64,000 bases of DNA from positions 65,091-129,090 of the forward strand of contig JAGLGM010000001.1 of assembly GCA_023144035.1 (NCBI GenBank), given 5' to 3'. Position 1 is the first letter of the stretch. Every line of letters starts with the position of its first letter. Under the pieces are notes generated by a model. The model saw only the letters and a program-made list of their open reading frames with translations. It ran no database searches and was not told the origin of the DNA. Shown here piece after piece: positions 49,101-57,645 of this stretch. The DNA is from Candidatus Pacearchaeota archaeon. Its GTDB lineage: Archaea; Nanobdellota; Nanobdellia; Pacearchaeales; GW2011-AR1. A program made the position numbers and the translations under genes.

Positions 49101-49225
49101 AAAAATTATCTGAAGACAATAATCAAGAAAAAGAAAATAAAGAAGAATTTGATCATGAACCTGAATTTAAAGACGAAAAAGAAATAAATAAAAAAGAAGA
49201 GGATAAAACTTTAGATATTTTCTAA
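46199..49225 (+). CDS. ppsA: Phosphoenolpyruvate synthase with long acidic C-terminal tail
   Basis: GGKGANL, VRSSATAEDL..ASFAGQ, GGLTAHAAIVSRE, EANPMLG and SFGTNDLTQY motifs. Confidence 0.95.
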   Translation: MQEVKEEIQKNPIPEKKENSKTSSNEKPDFVKWFSELNKDSGKYVGGKGANLAEIYNLKIAVPPGFVVTAQAYDYFIDKAGLANKISEILSKINYEDTKQLDESTKQIRELIENAKFPKEMQEEILESYSHLDVEEEDFRQSESVIDILKTSREPLFVAVRSSATAEDLPDASFAGQQDSFVNIKGNDNLMLHIKKCFASLYTSRATYYRNKKNFKHEDVSLAVIIQKMVDSVKSGVIFSKDPTHKKDNVIIEAVWGLGEGIVSGAITPDKHIVSQKLEIIDTKLANKKIAITRDAGGKKVTVKLREEKAQQQVLKEYEIKKLAETALKLEKHYQKPQDIEFAIEGEDIMIVQTRPITTIESRVEKGTELKGEAILSGLAASPGIGVGKVKIIEDLADLSKLVQGDVLVTGMTNPDMVVAMQKSAAIVTDEGGLTAHAAIVSREMGIPCIVGTQEATTKLKEGEIITVDGTNGKVYKGKVAEAKQKEVLPVTAQTKTEIKVMVDLPSFAERAFKSGLKKVGLTRMEGIIAESGKHPQYFLEQNKIQDYEEVIFKGIQGISKYFEELWIRTSDIRSDEFQNLEGAPKIKEANPMLGMHGIRYGLKNPEILKAELKALKRVAEQGKTIGLLLPQIISVDEVKKVKEFLKEIDFQKAKIGIMVETPAAVQIINDLCTEGIDFISFGTNDLTQYLLAVDRGNEQVQYIYNELNPAILYQLEFVIRVCKRNKVQTSICGQAGSKKEMVKFLVERGIDSISVNADVAKEISEYIVEIEKTQIKGTDKEPRQYELKKEEAQDSANIVASPKEPRQYQPEKKIIQDKNNTGNKMLVNKNNNLKSAENSTNSKSNLVEGSSEEFVKPQKVEEPIQETSKPIEPIPEPETTPIEQEKQEYEKNLENKEIKESPKEELKEETKEEPPTIPGIQNLSKEDVEKDIQAIEQEKQEYLKEHPEEKEKEGETEEKEEEEKEEEKLSEDNNQEKENKEEFDHEPEFKDEKEINKKEEDKTLDIF

Positions 49226-49257
49226 ATATTTATAAATCATAAAAGCTTGTTAAAAAC

Positions 49258-49941
49258 ATGGTGAAAAAAAAGGTGAAAAAAAAGACTCCTGTAAAAGTTG
49301 TTAAAAAGACAGTTACAACTACTACAACTACAACTCCTCATAAAAAGGCTACAACTAAACACAAGAAAAAAACTACAAAAAAAAGAAAGCCTACAATAAA
49401 AAAACCAAAAATTCCAAAAGATGATGCTAAATTAGAAAAAGTATTAATTGAGAATTTTGTAGGTTTACAAAAAGTGATGGTAAATTTATCTGTAAAATTT
49501 GATGACCTTTCAACTAAAATAGCTAAATTATTAGAATTATTTGAGATTTCTGCAAAAGCTTTAGCTGAAAAAGATTTAACAATTGAAAAAACTGCGAGAG
49601 ATGATACAAAAATTATTAAAAAAATAGATAATCTTTATGAACAAAATAGAGTAGTTGCAAGAGGTCTAACTTTAATGCACGATAGATTATCCGAAGAACC
49701 AGAAGAAAAAATTATGGAAAGAGATAATATGTCTTTTGCAAAGCCTCCAATGCAACAAATGCCTCCACAAATGCAACCTCCCATGCAAAGACCTCCTCAA
49801 CAAACTATGCGAAGACCTCCTCAACAAACTATGCAAAAACCAGCAACTGAACAAGACAAAACAATTACACAAAATAAAACTCCTATAGAAGGTTATCAAA
49901 AATCAATTGCTTCTGAACCCTTTAAAAAACTTCCAACATAG
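49258..49941 (+). CDS. Hypothetical protein (basic N-terminus, coiled coil, Pro/Gln-rich tail)
   Basis: Core LIENFVGLQKVM...LLELFE.SA...QNRVVARGLTL. Confidence 0.7.
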   Translation: MVKKKVKKKTPVKVVKKTVTTTTTTTPHKKATTKHKKKTTKKRKPTIKKPKIPKDDAKLEKVLIENFVGLQKVMVNLSVKFDDLSTKIAKLLELFEISAKALAEKDLTIEKTARDDTKIIKKIDNLYEQNRVVARGLTLMHDRLSEEPEEKIMERDNMSFAKPPMQQMPPQMQPPMQRPPQQTMRRPPQQTMQKPATEQDKTITQNKTPIEGYQKSIASEPFKKLPT

Positions 49942-49943
49942 AA

Positions 49944-50594
49944 ATGTTAAAACAAACTTCTAGAGAATTTAGAAAACTATTTTTATTAAAATTTACAAAA
50001 CAATTAATTGATGCTCATGCTCCTGAAGATATTGCTAAATTAGAAAGAATTCTAAAAAAAGAAAATAAAGAAGGAACAATAATTCAAAAAAAATCAAGAG
50101 AACTTGTAAAAGAAATAATTCATGAAAAAGAAAAGGAATTAGAATTCTTACAAAAAACTCCTTTAAAACAAAGAAAACCTAATTTTAAAAAAAATTTAAA
50201 TTCTTTAAGAAAAAAACCTATTTTAAGAATTCCAAGAACAAGACTACCTCAAACTTTCCAATATCTTAAACCAACCCCTACAGCTAATGAAATAGATTTA
50301 GGTAAATTAAATATTTTTATCCAAGATCCTTTAATAAAAGTTATTGAATGTCATGGTCCTGATGAAAACATAATGGTACATGGTTCAATGGGAACAAAAC
50401 CAACAAACCTTTTATTAAAAAAAGAGGAAATTGATGAAATAATTAAAAAATTTTCAGAAGCAACAAAAATCCCTCAGAATGAAGGAATCTTTAAAGCTGT
50501 TGTTGGAAAATTAATTTTATCAGCTATAATTTCTGAAACAATTGGTTCTAAATTTGTAATAAGAAAAATGATGTATGGTCCAAAATACTATTGA
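49944..50594 (+). CDS. Protein resembling the N-terminal domain of type II/IV secretion (VirB11/FlaI-like) ATPases, no P-loop
   Basis: LGKLN.FIQDP.I..IECHGPD.NI.V...TNL.L..EEID.II.KFS. Confidence 0.55.
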   Translation: MLKQTSREFRKLFLLKFTKQLIDAHAPEDIAKLERILKKENKEGTIIQKKSRELVKEIIHEKEKELEFLQKTPLKQRKPNFKKNLNSLRKKPILRIPRTRLPQTFQYLKPTPTANEIDLGKLNIFIQDPLIKVIECHGPDENIMVHGSMGTKPTNLLLKKEEIDEIIKKFSEATKIPQNEGIFKAVVGKLILSAIISETIGSKFVIRKMMYGPKYY

Positions 50595-52069
50595 GAAAAA
50601 TTAGTAGAAAATTCAACAATATTTTTTTCTTCAGGTACTTTTTCTTTCTTTAAAAGAGAAGCTGCAATATCTTTTAACCATTTTGTTCTATCTGCTTCAA
50701 TTTGAATTTTAAGTGCTTCTGTAGTTTGAGGATATTCATAAGTATATTCTGTAGTATAACTAGGATCTTCCACAAGTTGAGAACCTATCTTTAATCTACC
50801 ATCTTCAACATCTTGCCTAATTGTATTAATATTAATAGAACCAAATTTCTTAAGTAAAATTGCTCTTTCTGATTTAGTTAAATTAACTCCTTCAGGGATT
50901 TTAATCTCTTGAGGAACTTCTACTTCTTCTTGAATTGGTTCTTGAATTGGTTCTCCTTGTATTTGAGCTCCTGAAGTTTTTCCTTCTTGTAAAATAGTTG
51001 TTAAAGAAATCAATTCTTCTTCAGAATAAATTAAACTTATTTTTAATTCTCCTTCACCTAATACTAAATTTAAATCTGATAAATCTATATTAAAATCTTT
51101 TGTATTATCTCCTAAATATTCTTCTCCAAAACCTTCTTCATTATCAAGATAATCTGTAGTGATAATTAATTCATTATTTTCTATTTTAATATCAAGAACA
51201 TTATCATTTATTTCTTCTAAATTTGTTTTAACACTTTTAGGTTTAATCTCTACTGTTTCATCTTCTTCTAAAGTGTATATAAAAGGATTATCTATTGAAA
51301 CTTGTCCTTCAATTTCTCTTTGTAATTCCATAATAACATTTCCTGTTCCAAGCCATCCAAAAAAAGAAGAGATAGTTCCACCTGTAATTATTGGTGTAGC
51401 TTCTTCAATAGGTTCTATAGATTCTCCTCCATCTTCAATTGTTTCTTCAAAAGATTCTTCTTCAATTGGTGATTCTTCGGGGTTTTGCAAAGAAGTGTCT
51501 CCTGCTTCTTCAGTTACTTCTTGAATTGGTTCTTCTAATTCTTCTGGTTCATCTATTCTTTCTTGACCTGAATAAATTTCTAATGTAAAATATACTGTTG
51601 GAGATATTTCTTTATCTCCACTTATTCCATAACCTTCACCAGTTCCAGAAATAGTTTTTCCTTCAACATAAAAATCTCCTTCAATTATTTCATCAAATAT
51701 AACTTCTGATAAAGGATATTCATATTTTTCTCCATTATTTTCTAATACAAGTTTTGAAGATGTTGGAATTAATTCTCCTTCTTTTAATAAAAGTTTTAAA
51801 ACACCATCAATTGCTTCTCCTTCTTTATAATCTATAGTAACATCAAAAGTAGCCTGACCTGAAATTCTTTTTTCTAAAAAAGACACTCCAAAAATAAGAA
51901 CTGCTAAAATCAACACTCCTAATCCAATCCAAAGAAATTTTTTAAAATCAATTTTTTTACTATGTGTTCCATGATATTCTGAAACAACTTTTCCACCTAT
52001 CCTTTTACTGTGATAGATATAAGGACCATAAACTTTCCCTCCTCTTTTAATATACTTTTTATAAGCCAT
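50588..52069 (-). CDS. Membrane-anchored acidic surface protein with basic N-terminal beta-hairpin motif
   Basis: MAYKKYIKRGGKVYGPYIYHSKRIGGKVVSEYHG, then a TM helix, then a Glu-rich region. Confidence 0.7.
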   Translation of the reverse strand: MAYKKYIKRGGKVYGPYIYHSKRIGGKVVSEYHGTHSKKIDFKKFLWIGLGVLILAVLIFGVSFLEKRISGQATFDVTIDYKEGEAIDGVLKLLLKEGELIPTSSKLVLENNGEKYEYPLSEVIFDEIIEGDFYVEGKTISGTGEGYGISGDKEISPTVYFTLEIYSGQERIDEPEELEEPIQEVTEEAGDTSLQNPEESPIEEESFEETIEDGGESIEPIEEATPIITGGTISSFFGWLGTGNVIMELQREIEGQVSIDNPFIYTLEEDETVEIKPKSVKTNLEEINDNVLDIKIENNELIITTDYLDNEEGFGEEYLGDNTKDFNIDLSDLNLVLGEGELKISLIYSEEELISLTTILQEGKTSGAQIQGEPIQEPIQEEVEVPQEIKIPEGVNLTKSERAILLKKFGSININTIRQDVEDGRLKIGSQLVEDPSYTTEYTYEYPQTTEALKIQIEADRTKWLKDIAASLLKKEKVPEEKNIVEFSTNFSQ

Positions 52070-52121
52070 CTTGTAAGTAACTAATAATTAAAATAAAAAG
52101 CTATATTTAAATGTTATTAAA

Positions 52122-53189
52122 TTAAGCACCAACAGGTAATGCGTTTGTACAATCACCAATCTGATCCCAGATTTCATAGGTATCTCCTATTTGTAAATTT
52201 TCTAAAGGTTGTTGTAAAAACATTTCAACAATTGCATTTTCATATACTGCTTCGTCATAAGAATATCCTACAATTAAATAACATTCAGTATCATATCCTG
52301 AAAAAGCAACTGAATATCCATAATAAATACTATCTGTTTTTGTCAGTTCAGCATCATCAAAATAAATTCCTGCTCCAGGAGGCCAAACATTATCAATTAA
52401 TCCTCCTTCAACATAAGTTATTTCTGTACAAACATTCTCAACGCATTCCCAAGTAGCTTCAAATAATTCTGCGCAAGTTCCTTCAGCCACAATACTACAA
52501 TTTACAGCTTCTCCACAATTATTTGTTACATTACCACAATTAAATCCTGTACAAGTCACTGCTGGATCTTCTGCAACACAAGTATCATCATAACACATAT
52601 TATCTTCCCCACAACTAAAACCAACATTACAATCTCCACAACTACCACTACAACCATCGTCTCCACAATCTAATCCCTCACATTCTGGTGTACAAGAAGG
52701 ATCTCCTCCAGGATCACCTACATAGCCTTCATCTCCAGTTCCTAAATCTCCTGAATCAGAAGTTGTAGTATCAATTATCCCTCCAATGGTTTCAGTTCCA
52801 GATGAGACTTCAAATATTGGTGCAATTGAAATACTTGTAATTTCACCAACAGCTAAAGTAGTTAAATCAAATGTAAATGTTTCAAAACCTAATTCAGCCA
52901 AGGTAGTATCTTTTCTCACAACAACTGAATTATCTCCATCACTAATAACAAAATTTATTCCAACTAAATCTCCTTCTCCTGCATTTCGTTTAACAGTAAC
53001 ACTTAGAATATCACCATCAACAGTTACTTTTGTTATATCTAAATCAAGAGTTAATCCTGTTAAAGTTATTTCATCACTTCCTTTATCAATTATATTTTTA
53101 ACAACAACCCATACAATACCAATTGCCACAATTGCTAAAAGAATTATTATTAAAGTGGTTACAACCGCAGACATACCTCTCTTTTTCAT
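52122..53189 (-). CDS. Archaeal type IV pilin-like protein with Cys-rich C-terminal extension
   Basis: Class III signal MKKRG|MSAVVTTLIIILLAIVAIGIVW; CGDDGCSGSCG repeats. Confidence 0.85.
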   Translation of the reverse strand: MKKRGMSAVVTTLIIILLAIVAIGIVWVVVKNIIDKGSDEITLTGLTLDLDITKVTVDGDILSVTVKRNAGEGDLVGINFVISDGDNSVVVRKDTTLAELGFETFTFDLTTLAVGEITSISIAPIFEVSSGTETIGGIIDTTTSDSGDLGTGDEGYVGDPGGDPSCTPECEGLDCGDDGCSGSCGDCNVGFSCGEDNMCYDDTCVAEDPAVTCTGFNCGNVTNNCGEAVNCSIVAEGTCAELFEATWECVENVCTEITYVEGGLIDNVWPPGAGIYFDDAELTKTDSIYYGYSVAFSGYDTECYLIVGYSYDEAVYENAIVEMFLQQPLENLQIGDTYEIWDQIGDCTNALPVGA

Positions 53190-53247
53190 AGATTAAAAAA
53201 TAAAAACAAGTTTATAAACATTTTCAAAAATTAAAAAATTTACTAAA

Positions 53248-53526
53248 TTATTGAGTTGGTTGAGCTGGTTGAATTTGTCTAATTTCACCTACTAAAAGCA
53301 AAACTTGATCTTCACTTAGAGGTATTTCAGCTTGACCAGTTTGTTGAATTTGGGTCAAGATGTTATTTAAAAGTTCAGCTTGTGCTTGTTGATATCCTTC
53401 TGCATAATTTTCAAATGCATACCCTGTAACAGCAGGTCTTATTGCAAATGCATAAAGAACAACTAAAGCAAGAAGTGCAATAACCAAAACCAAAATTCTC
53501 ACAGTTAATTTATTTTTGTCAGCCAT
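53248..53526 (-). CDS. Small membrane-anchored protein
   Basis: N-terminal TM helix, Gln-rich remainder. Confidence 0.65.
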   Translation of the reverse strand: MADKNKLTVRILVLVIALLALVVLYAFAIRPAVTGYAFENYAEGYQQAQAELLNNILTQIQQTGQAEIPLSEDQVLLLVGEIRQIQPAQPTQ

Positions 53527-53657
53527 GATTTGTTTAAATTAATAGTCTTTATAAATTTTGTGGAAATTTTACGCATGATTATTTTAATCACCTTACAGAG
53601 ACTTTCTTTAAAAAAACATTCGGTTATATTTAAAAACCAAAGATTATTCTAAAAATT

Positions 53658-53981
53658 ATGAATAAAATAAATAAAGAAAAAATAGAAAAAAACTCGCAGA
53701 ACATAGTCACTTCGCTTAAAGAAAAAGTAGAAAAATATTTTAAATTAACTTCAACAGCTTTAGAAAAAGTAAAAAACTCAATAATTCAAGGAAAAGAAAA
53801 TCATGCAAAAGAAATAATAGACATGGTTTCAAATTATCTTTCAGATGCTAAACATTTTGAAAAAAAAGGAGACCTTGTAAATGCATTTGCTGCTTTAAAT
53901 TATGCACATGGTTGGCTTGACTCAGGAGTTAGATTAGATATATTTGAAACAGATGATGATAAGTTGTTTACAATTAAATAA
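53658..53981 (+). CDS. DUF357-family protein
   Basis: YLSDAKHF..KGD.VNAFAALNYAHGWLDSGVRL. Confidence 0.88.
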   Translation: MNKINKEKIEKNSQNIVTSLKEKVEKYFKLTSTALEKVKNSIIQGKENHAKEIIDMVSNYLSDAKHFEKKGDLVNAFAALNYAHGWLDSGVRLDIFETDDDKLFTIK

Positions 53982-54035
53982 AATTATATTTTAAACCCCA
54001 TAAATTCTTTTAAACACTATCTTAATAATAAAGCA

Positions 54036-54338
54036 ATGCCTTGTGATAATTTTGAAATAAATGAGTCTGGAAAAATAACTATGAATAATGTTAATGATTT
54101 AGGTAATTTAACACTTTCAAATGAAAATTTGAGTATTTCAGAACTTTTAGGTGAAAAATATATTCTAAATAAAGAATCTATTATTAGTTTAGAGAATTAT
54201 ACAGAACAAAATTTAGAAAAGAACCCTATATACTTTTTAGTTGGAGAAAATAAAAAAGCAAAGTATGGACTTGCCTCAAGAATAACTGATTTAGATAAGT
54301 TAAATGAAATTGTTAGAGAATTTAAAAATAATCCTTAA
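54036..54338 (+). CDS. Hypothetical protein
   Basis: 100-aa ORF with its own TATA-like box upstream. Confidence 0.5.
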   Translation: MPCDNFEINESGKITMNNVNDLGNLTLSNENLSISELLGEKYILNKESIISLENYTEQNLEKNPIYFLVGENKKAKYGLASRITDLDKLNEIVREFKNNP

Positions 54339-54844
54339 AAATAATCTACAAATGTTTCTTCTTCATTAACTTCTTTACCTTTATGTTTAATCACTCCAAT
54401 AAAATTTCTACCATCTTTTAACCATTCATACATTTTCTTATCTCCTGGATTTGAAGGTACTTCATTAACTTTGTTTAAAGAAATTGTTCTAGGTTTTCCT
54501 TCATCACTTTCTTTAGGTTCTCCTTTAAACTTTTTAGCAGAATAAATATACACATAAAAATTATCTGGATTTTTCCAATTACTAAATGTTCTTCCTTCAT
54601 TATCAAATAAAATTACTCCTTTTAAGATAGGATTAATTGGTTCAATTCCTGTTTCATCTATTGTTTCTCTTATACTAGATTCTACTCTTCCCTTGGGATT
54701 CTTCAAACCCTTCTCATCTTTTTCTAATTTTCCTCCTGGAAGAGTAAAATTCCCAGAATTAGTATCATCTTTCCTCTCATGTTTCTCTATCATTAGAACA
54801 TTTCCTTTTTTAGAAGTTAAATAGAGCATTGTCCCATATTTCAT
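54335..54844 (-). CDS. NUDIX hydrolase
   Basis: PGGKLE.DE...RETIDETG (elongated Nudix box) and ESDEG. Confidence 0.85.
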   Translation of the reverse strand: MKYGTMLYLTSKKGNVLMIEKHERKDDTNSGNFTLPGGKLEKDEKGLKNPKGRVESSIRETIDETGIEPINPILKGVILFDNEGRTFSNWKNPDNFYVYIYSAKKFKGEPKESDEGKPRTISLNKVNEVPSNPGDKKMYEWLKDGRNFIGVIKHKGKEVNEEETFVDYF

Positions 54845-54894
54845 ATAAAAAGCATTTCAAAAAAGTATAAAAAGATTATTTCTCTCTAAAATAT

Positions 54895-55584
54895 ATGAAG
54901 AAAAAGGTGATTGTGTTAAGTCTAGGTGGAAGTTTAATTATTCCTGATAAAGTAGACCTAAAATATCTCAAAGAATTTAAAAAAACAATTTTAAAAAATA
55001 CAAAAAAATACAAATTTATTGTGGCTTGTGGAGGAGGAAGTGTTGCAAGAAAGTATATTACTGCTTTAAGAGAAATAGGTATGGACCAAAGATTCCAAAG
55101 TTTCTCTGGAATTGGTGCTACAAGAATGAATGCAAGATTCATGAATTATTTCTTTAAAATAGATCCTGAAAAAGGTATTCCTCGTTCAAAAAGTACTTTG
55201 AAAAAATATCTTAAAAAAAGAGATGTTATTTTCTGTGGAGCATTAGATTATAAACCAAATCAAACTTCTGATTCAACTGCTGCACAACTTGCAAGAAGTT
55301 ATAAAACAATTTTTATAAATTTAACAAATGTAAAAGGTCTTTATGATAAAGATCCTTCAAAATATAAAAATGCTAAATTTACTAAGAAAATCTCTTGGAA
55401 AGATTTCAATAAAAAAGCAAATGAAAGCAAATACCAACCAGGGCAACATTTTGTATTAGACCAAACAGCTTCAAAAATAATTTTAGAATCAGAAATTCCC
55501 ACATATATAATTGGAAAAGATATGAAACAACTAGATAATGTTCTAAAAAATAAAGACTTTAAAGGAACTTTAATCAAGGGATAA
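54895..55584 (+). CDS. pyrH: UMP kinase
   Basis: VLSLGGS, CGGGSVARKYI, TSDSTAA and LTNV.GLYDKDP motifs. Confidence 0.92.
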   Translation: MKKKVIVLSLGGSLIIPDKVDLKYLKEFKKTILKNTKKYKFIVACGGGSVARKYITALREIGMDQRFQSFSGIGATRMNARFMNYFFKIDPEKGIPRSKSTLKKYLKKRDVIFCGALDYKPNQTSDSTAAQLARSYKTIFINLTNVKGLYDKDPSKYKNAKFTKKISWKDFNKKANESKYQPGQHFVLDQTASKIILESEIPTYIIGKDMKQLDNVLKNKDFKGTLIKG

Positions 55585-55585
55585 T

Positions 55586-56056
55586 ATGAAAAACATAATC
55601 CTAATACAAGATATTGATTTTAATAAGATAAGAAAAAAAATAAAAGAAAATCCAAAAAAAACAATAATTTTCTCTAGCAATAATGATGAATTAAATCGAA
55701 AAATTATTGAAAAAGAAAATATAAATATTTTACTTCTAAACCAAATTCAAAGAAAAGATAGATTTAAACAAAGAGATTCTGGATTAAATCAAGTTCTTAC
55801 AAAATTAATAAAAAAGAAAAATATCACAATAGGAATAAATTTAGATGAAATTATAGAAACCCAAGGAACAAAGAAAAAAAATATTTTAGCTAGAATAAAA
55901 CAAAATATAAAACTTTGCAACAAACACCACATAAAAATGGAATTTATTGCTTTAAAAGAAAAAAATAAAAGAGATATATATGATTTAAAAGCATTAGGTT
56001 TAATTCTTGGAATGCCTACTTGGATGACAAGTTCATTAAGTAGCGACAAACTATAA
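55586..56056 (+). CDS. rnp3: RNase P protein component Rpp30 (short form)
   Basis: DELNRKI.E, KDRFKQRDSGLNQVL and R..YDL.ALG..LGM motifs. Confidence 0.8.
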   Translation: MKNIILIQDIDFNKIRKKIKENPKKTIIFSSNNDELNRKIIEKENINILLLNQIQRKDRFKQRDSGLNQVLTKLIKKKNITIGINLDEIIETQGTKKKNILARIKQNIKLCNKHHIKMEFIALKEKNKRDIYDLKALGLILGMPTWMTSSLSSDKL

Positions 56057-56133
56057 AAACTTCAATAACGATTCTTCAATAGTTAAATTGCAAAATTGGG
56101 AAGTTTTTTTAATGCAATTTCATTTAAATTAAA

Positions 56134-57645
56134 ATGAATATAAAAAGATTAATTGAATCTTTAAGTCCTAATGAAAGAAAGATATTACCTTATCTTGAAG
56201 AAGAAATAAATTTAATCTGCGAAAAATCAGAATTAGACAATACTTCTGTATTAAGAGCCTTAGAATATCTTCAAAATAAAAAAATAATTGAACTAAACTT
56301 TGAAAAAAAGAAAACAGTTGAAATAGGAATTAATGGAAGTTTATACAAATCAAAAGGATTACCTGAAAGAAGACTTTTACATCTTTTAGATAAAAAACAT
56401 ATTATTTCTCTTTCAGAAGCTCAAAAAGAAAGTAAATTATCTAATGATGAATTTAAAGCTTCTTTAGGTGCTTTAAAGAAAAAAGCATTAATTGAACTAA
56501 AAAATGGAAAAATTTCTCTTAATGCTAACAAAGAAGAAATTTCTAAAAAAAGTTTTGAAGAATCTTTAATTGAATCTTTACCCTTAGATTATGAATCTTT
56601 ATCACCTGAACAAATTCATGGTTTAAAATCTTTAGAAAATAGAAAAGGAATTATCCAGATAAAAGAAATAAAAATTCCTCATATTAATATTACAAAATTA
56701 GGAAAAGAAATTTCAGAATCTAAAATAAAATCACAAAAACTTATTGAACAATTAACACCTGAAACATTAAAAAAAGATTCTTTATGGAAAGGAAAAAAAT
56801 TTAGAAGATATGACATCCTCTCGCCACTTCCTGCAATTTCTGGAGGAAAAAGACATTTTGTTAATCAATCTATAGATTATGCTAAAAAAATTTGGACAGA
56901 TATGGGTTTTAAAGAAATGTCAGGAAATTTAATTGTCAGTTCTTTTTGGAATTTTGATACTTTATTTACTGCTCAAGACCATCCTGTAAGAGAAATGCAA
57001 GACACTTTTTTTATTAACAAAGAAAAAGAACTTCCAGATAAAGAATTAGTTAAAGCGATTAAAGACAGCCATGAAAAAGGTGTTGCTGGAAGCAAAGGAT
57101 GGGAATATAACTGGGAAGAAAAACAAGCAAAAAAAGCAGTATTAAGAACACATACTACCTGCCTATCTTCTCAAACACTTGCAAAATTAAAAGAAAAAGA
57201 TCTTCCTGTAAAATTCTTTGCTTTAGGAAAATGTTTTAGAAATGAAACAGTTGATTGGAGCCATGGATTTGAATTTAATCAAACAGAGGGAATTGTAGTA
57301 GATAAAAATGCAAACTTTAGACATTTACTAGGATATTTAAAACAATTCTTTGATAAAATGGGCTTTAAAAAAATTAGAATGAGACCTGCTTATTTTCCTT
57401 ATACAGAACCTTCAGTAGAAATAGATGTTTGGCACCCAGAAAAAAGAGTTTGGCTGGAATTAGGAGGGGCAGGTATATTTAGACCAGAAGTAACAATTCC
57501 ATTATTAGGTAAAAACATTCCTGTGCTTGCTTGGGGTCCTGGATTTGATAGGATTTTAATGGATTATTATGAAATAAAAGACCTTAGAGAACTTTACAAA
57601 AATGATTTAAGTAAATTAAGAAAAATGAAAATTTGGGTGAAATAA
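56134..57645 (+). CDS. pheS: Phenylalanyl-tRNA synthetase alpha subunit
   Basis: FWNFD.LF..QDHP.REMQDTF, LRTHTT, FRNE.VD and AYFPYTEPS motifs. Confidence 0.97.
   Translation: MNIKRLIESLSPNERKILPYLEEEINLICEKSELDNTSVLRALEYLQNKKIIELNFEKKKTVEIGINGSLYKSKGLPERRLLHLLDKKHIISLSEAQKESKLSNDEFKASLGALKKKALIELKNGKISLNANKEEISKKSFEESLIESLPLDYESLSPEQIHGLKSLENRKGIIQIKEIKIPHINITKLGKEISESKIKSQKLIEQLTPETLKKDSLWKGKKFRRYDILSPLPAISGGKRHFVNQSIDYAKKIWTDMGFKEMSGNLIVSSFWNFDTLFTAQDHPVREMQDTFFINKEKELPDKELVKAIKDSHEKGVAGSKGWEYNWEEKQAKKAVLRTHTTCLSSQTLAKLKEKDLPVKFFALGKCFRNETVDWSHGFEFNQTEGIVVDKNANFRHLLGYLKQFFDKMGFKKIRMRPAYFPYTEPSVEIDVWHPEKRVWLELGGAGIFRPEVTIPLLGKNIPVLAWGPGFDRILMDYYEIKDLRELYKNDLSKLRKMKIWVK

Noticed and set aside
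49790-49835. TATGCGAAG match to the insert-family end within ORF 49258-49941 (also TATGCGAAA at 59531)
   Set aside because: The first lies inside a simple 24-bp coding tandem repeat (RPPQQTM) and the second in ordinary coding sequence, both without the ACATAGT part; likely chance. This also shows that short matches alone are weak evidence.
51479-51505. Possible further insert (AGDTSLQNP, containing ACACTTC) in the acidic surface protein
   Set aside because: Low-complexity region with many EPIEE-type repeats; the match is too short to support membership.
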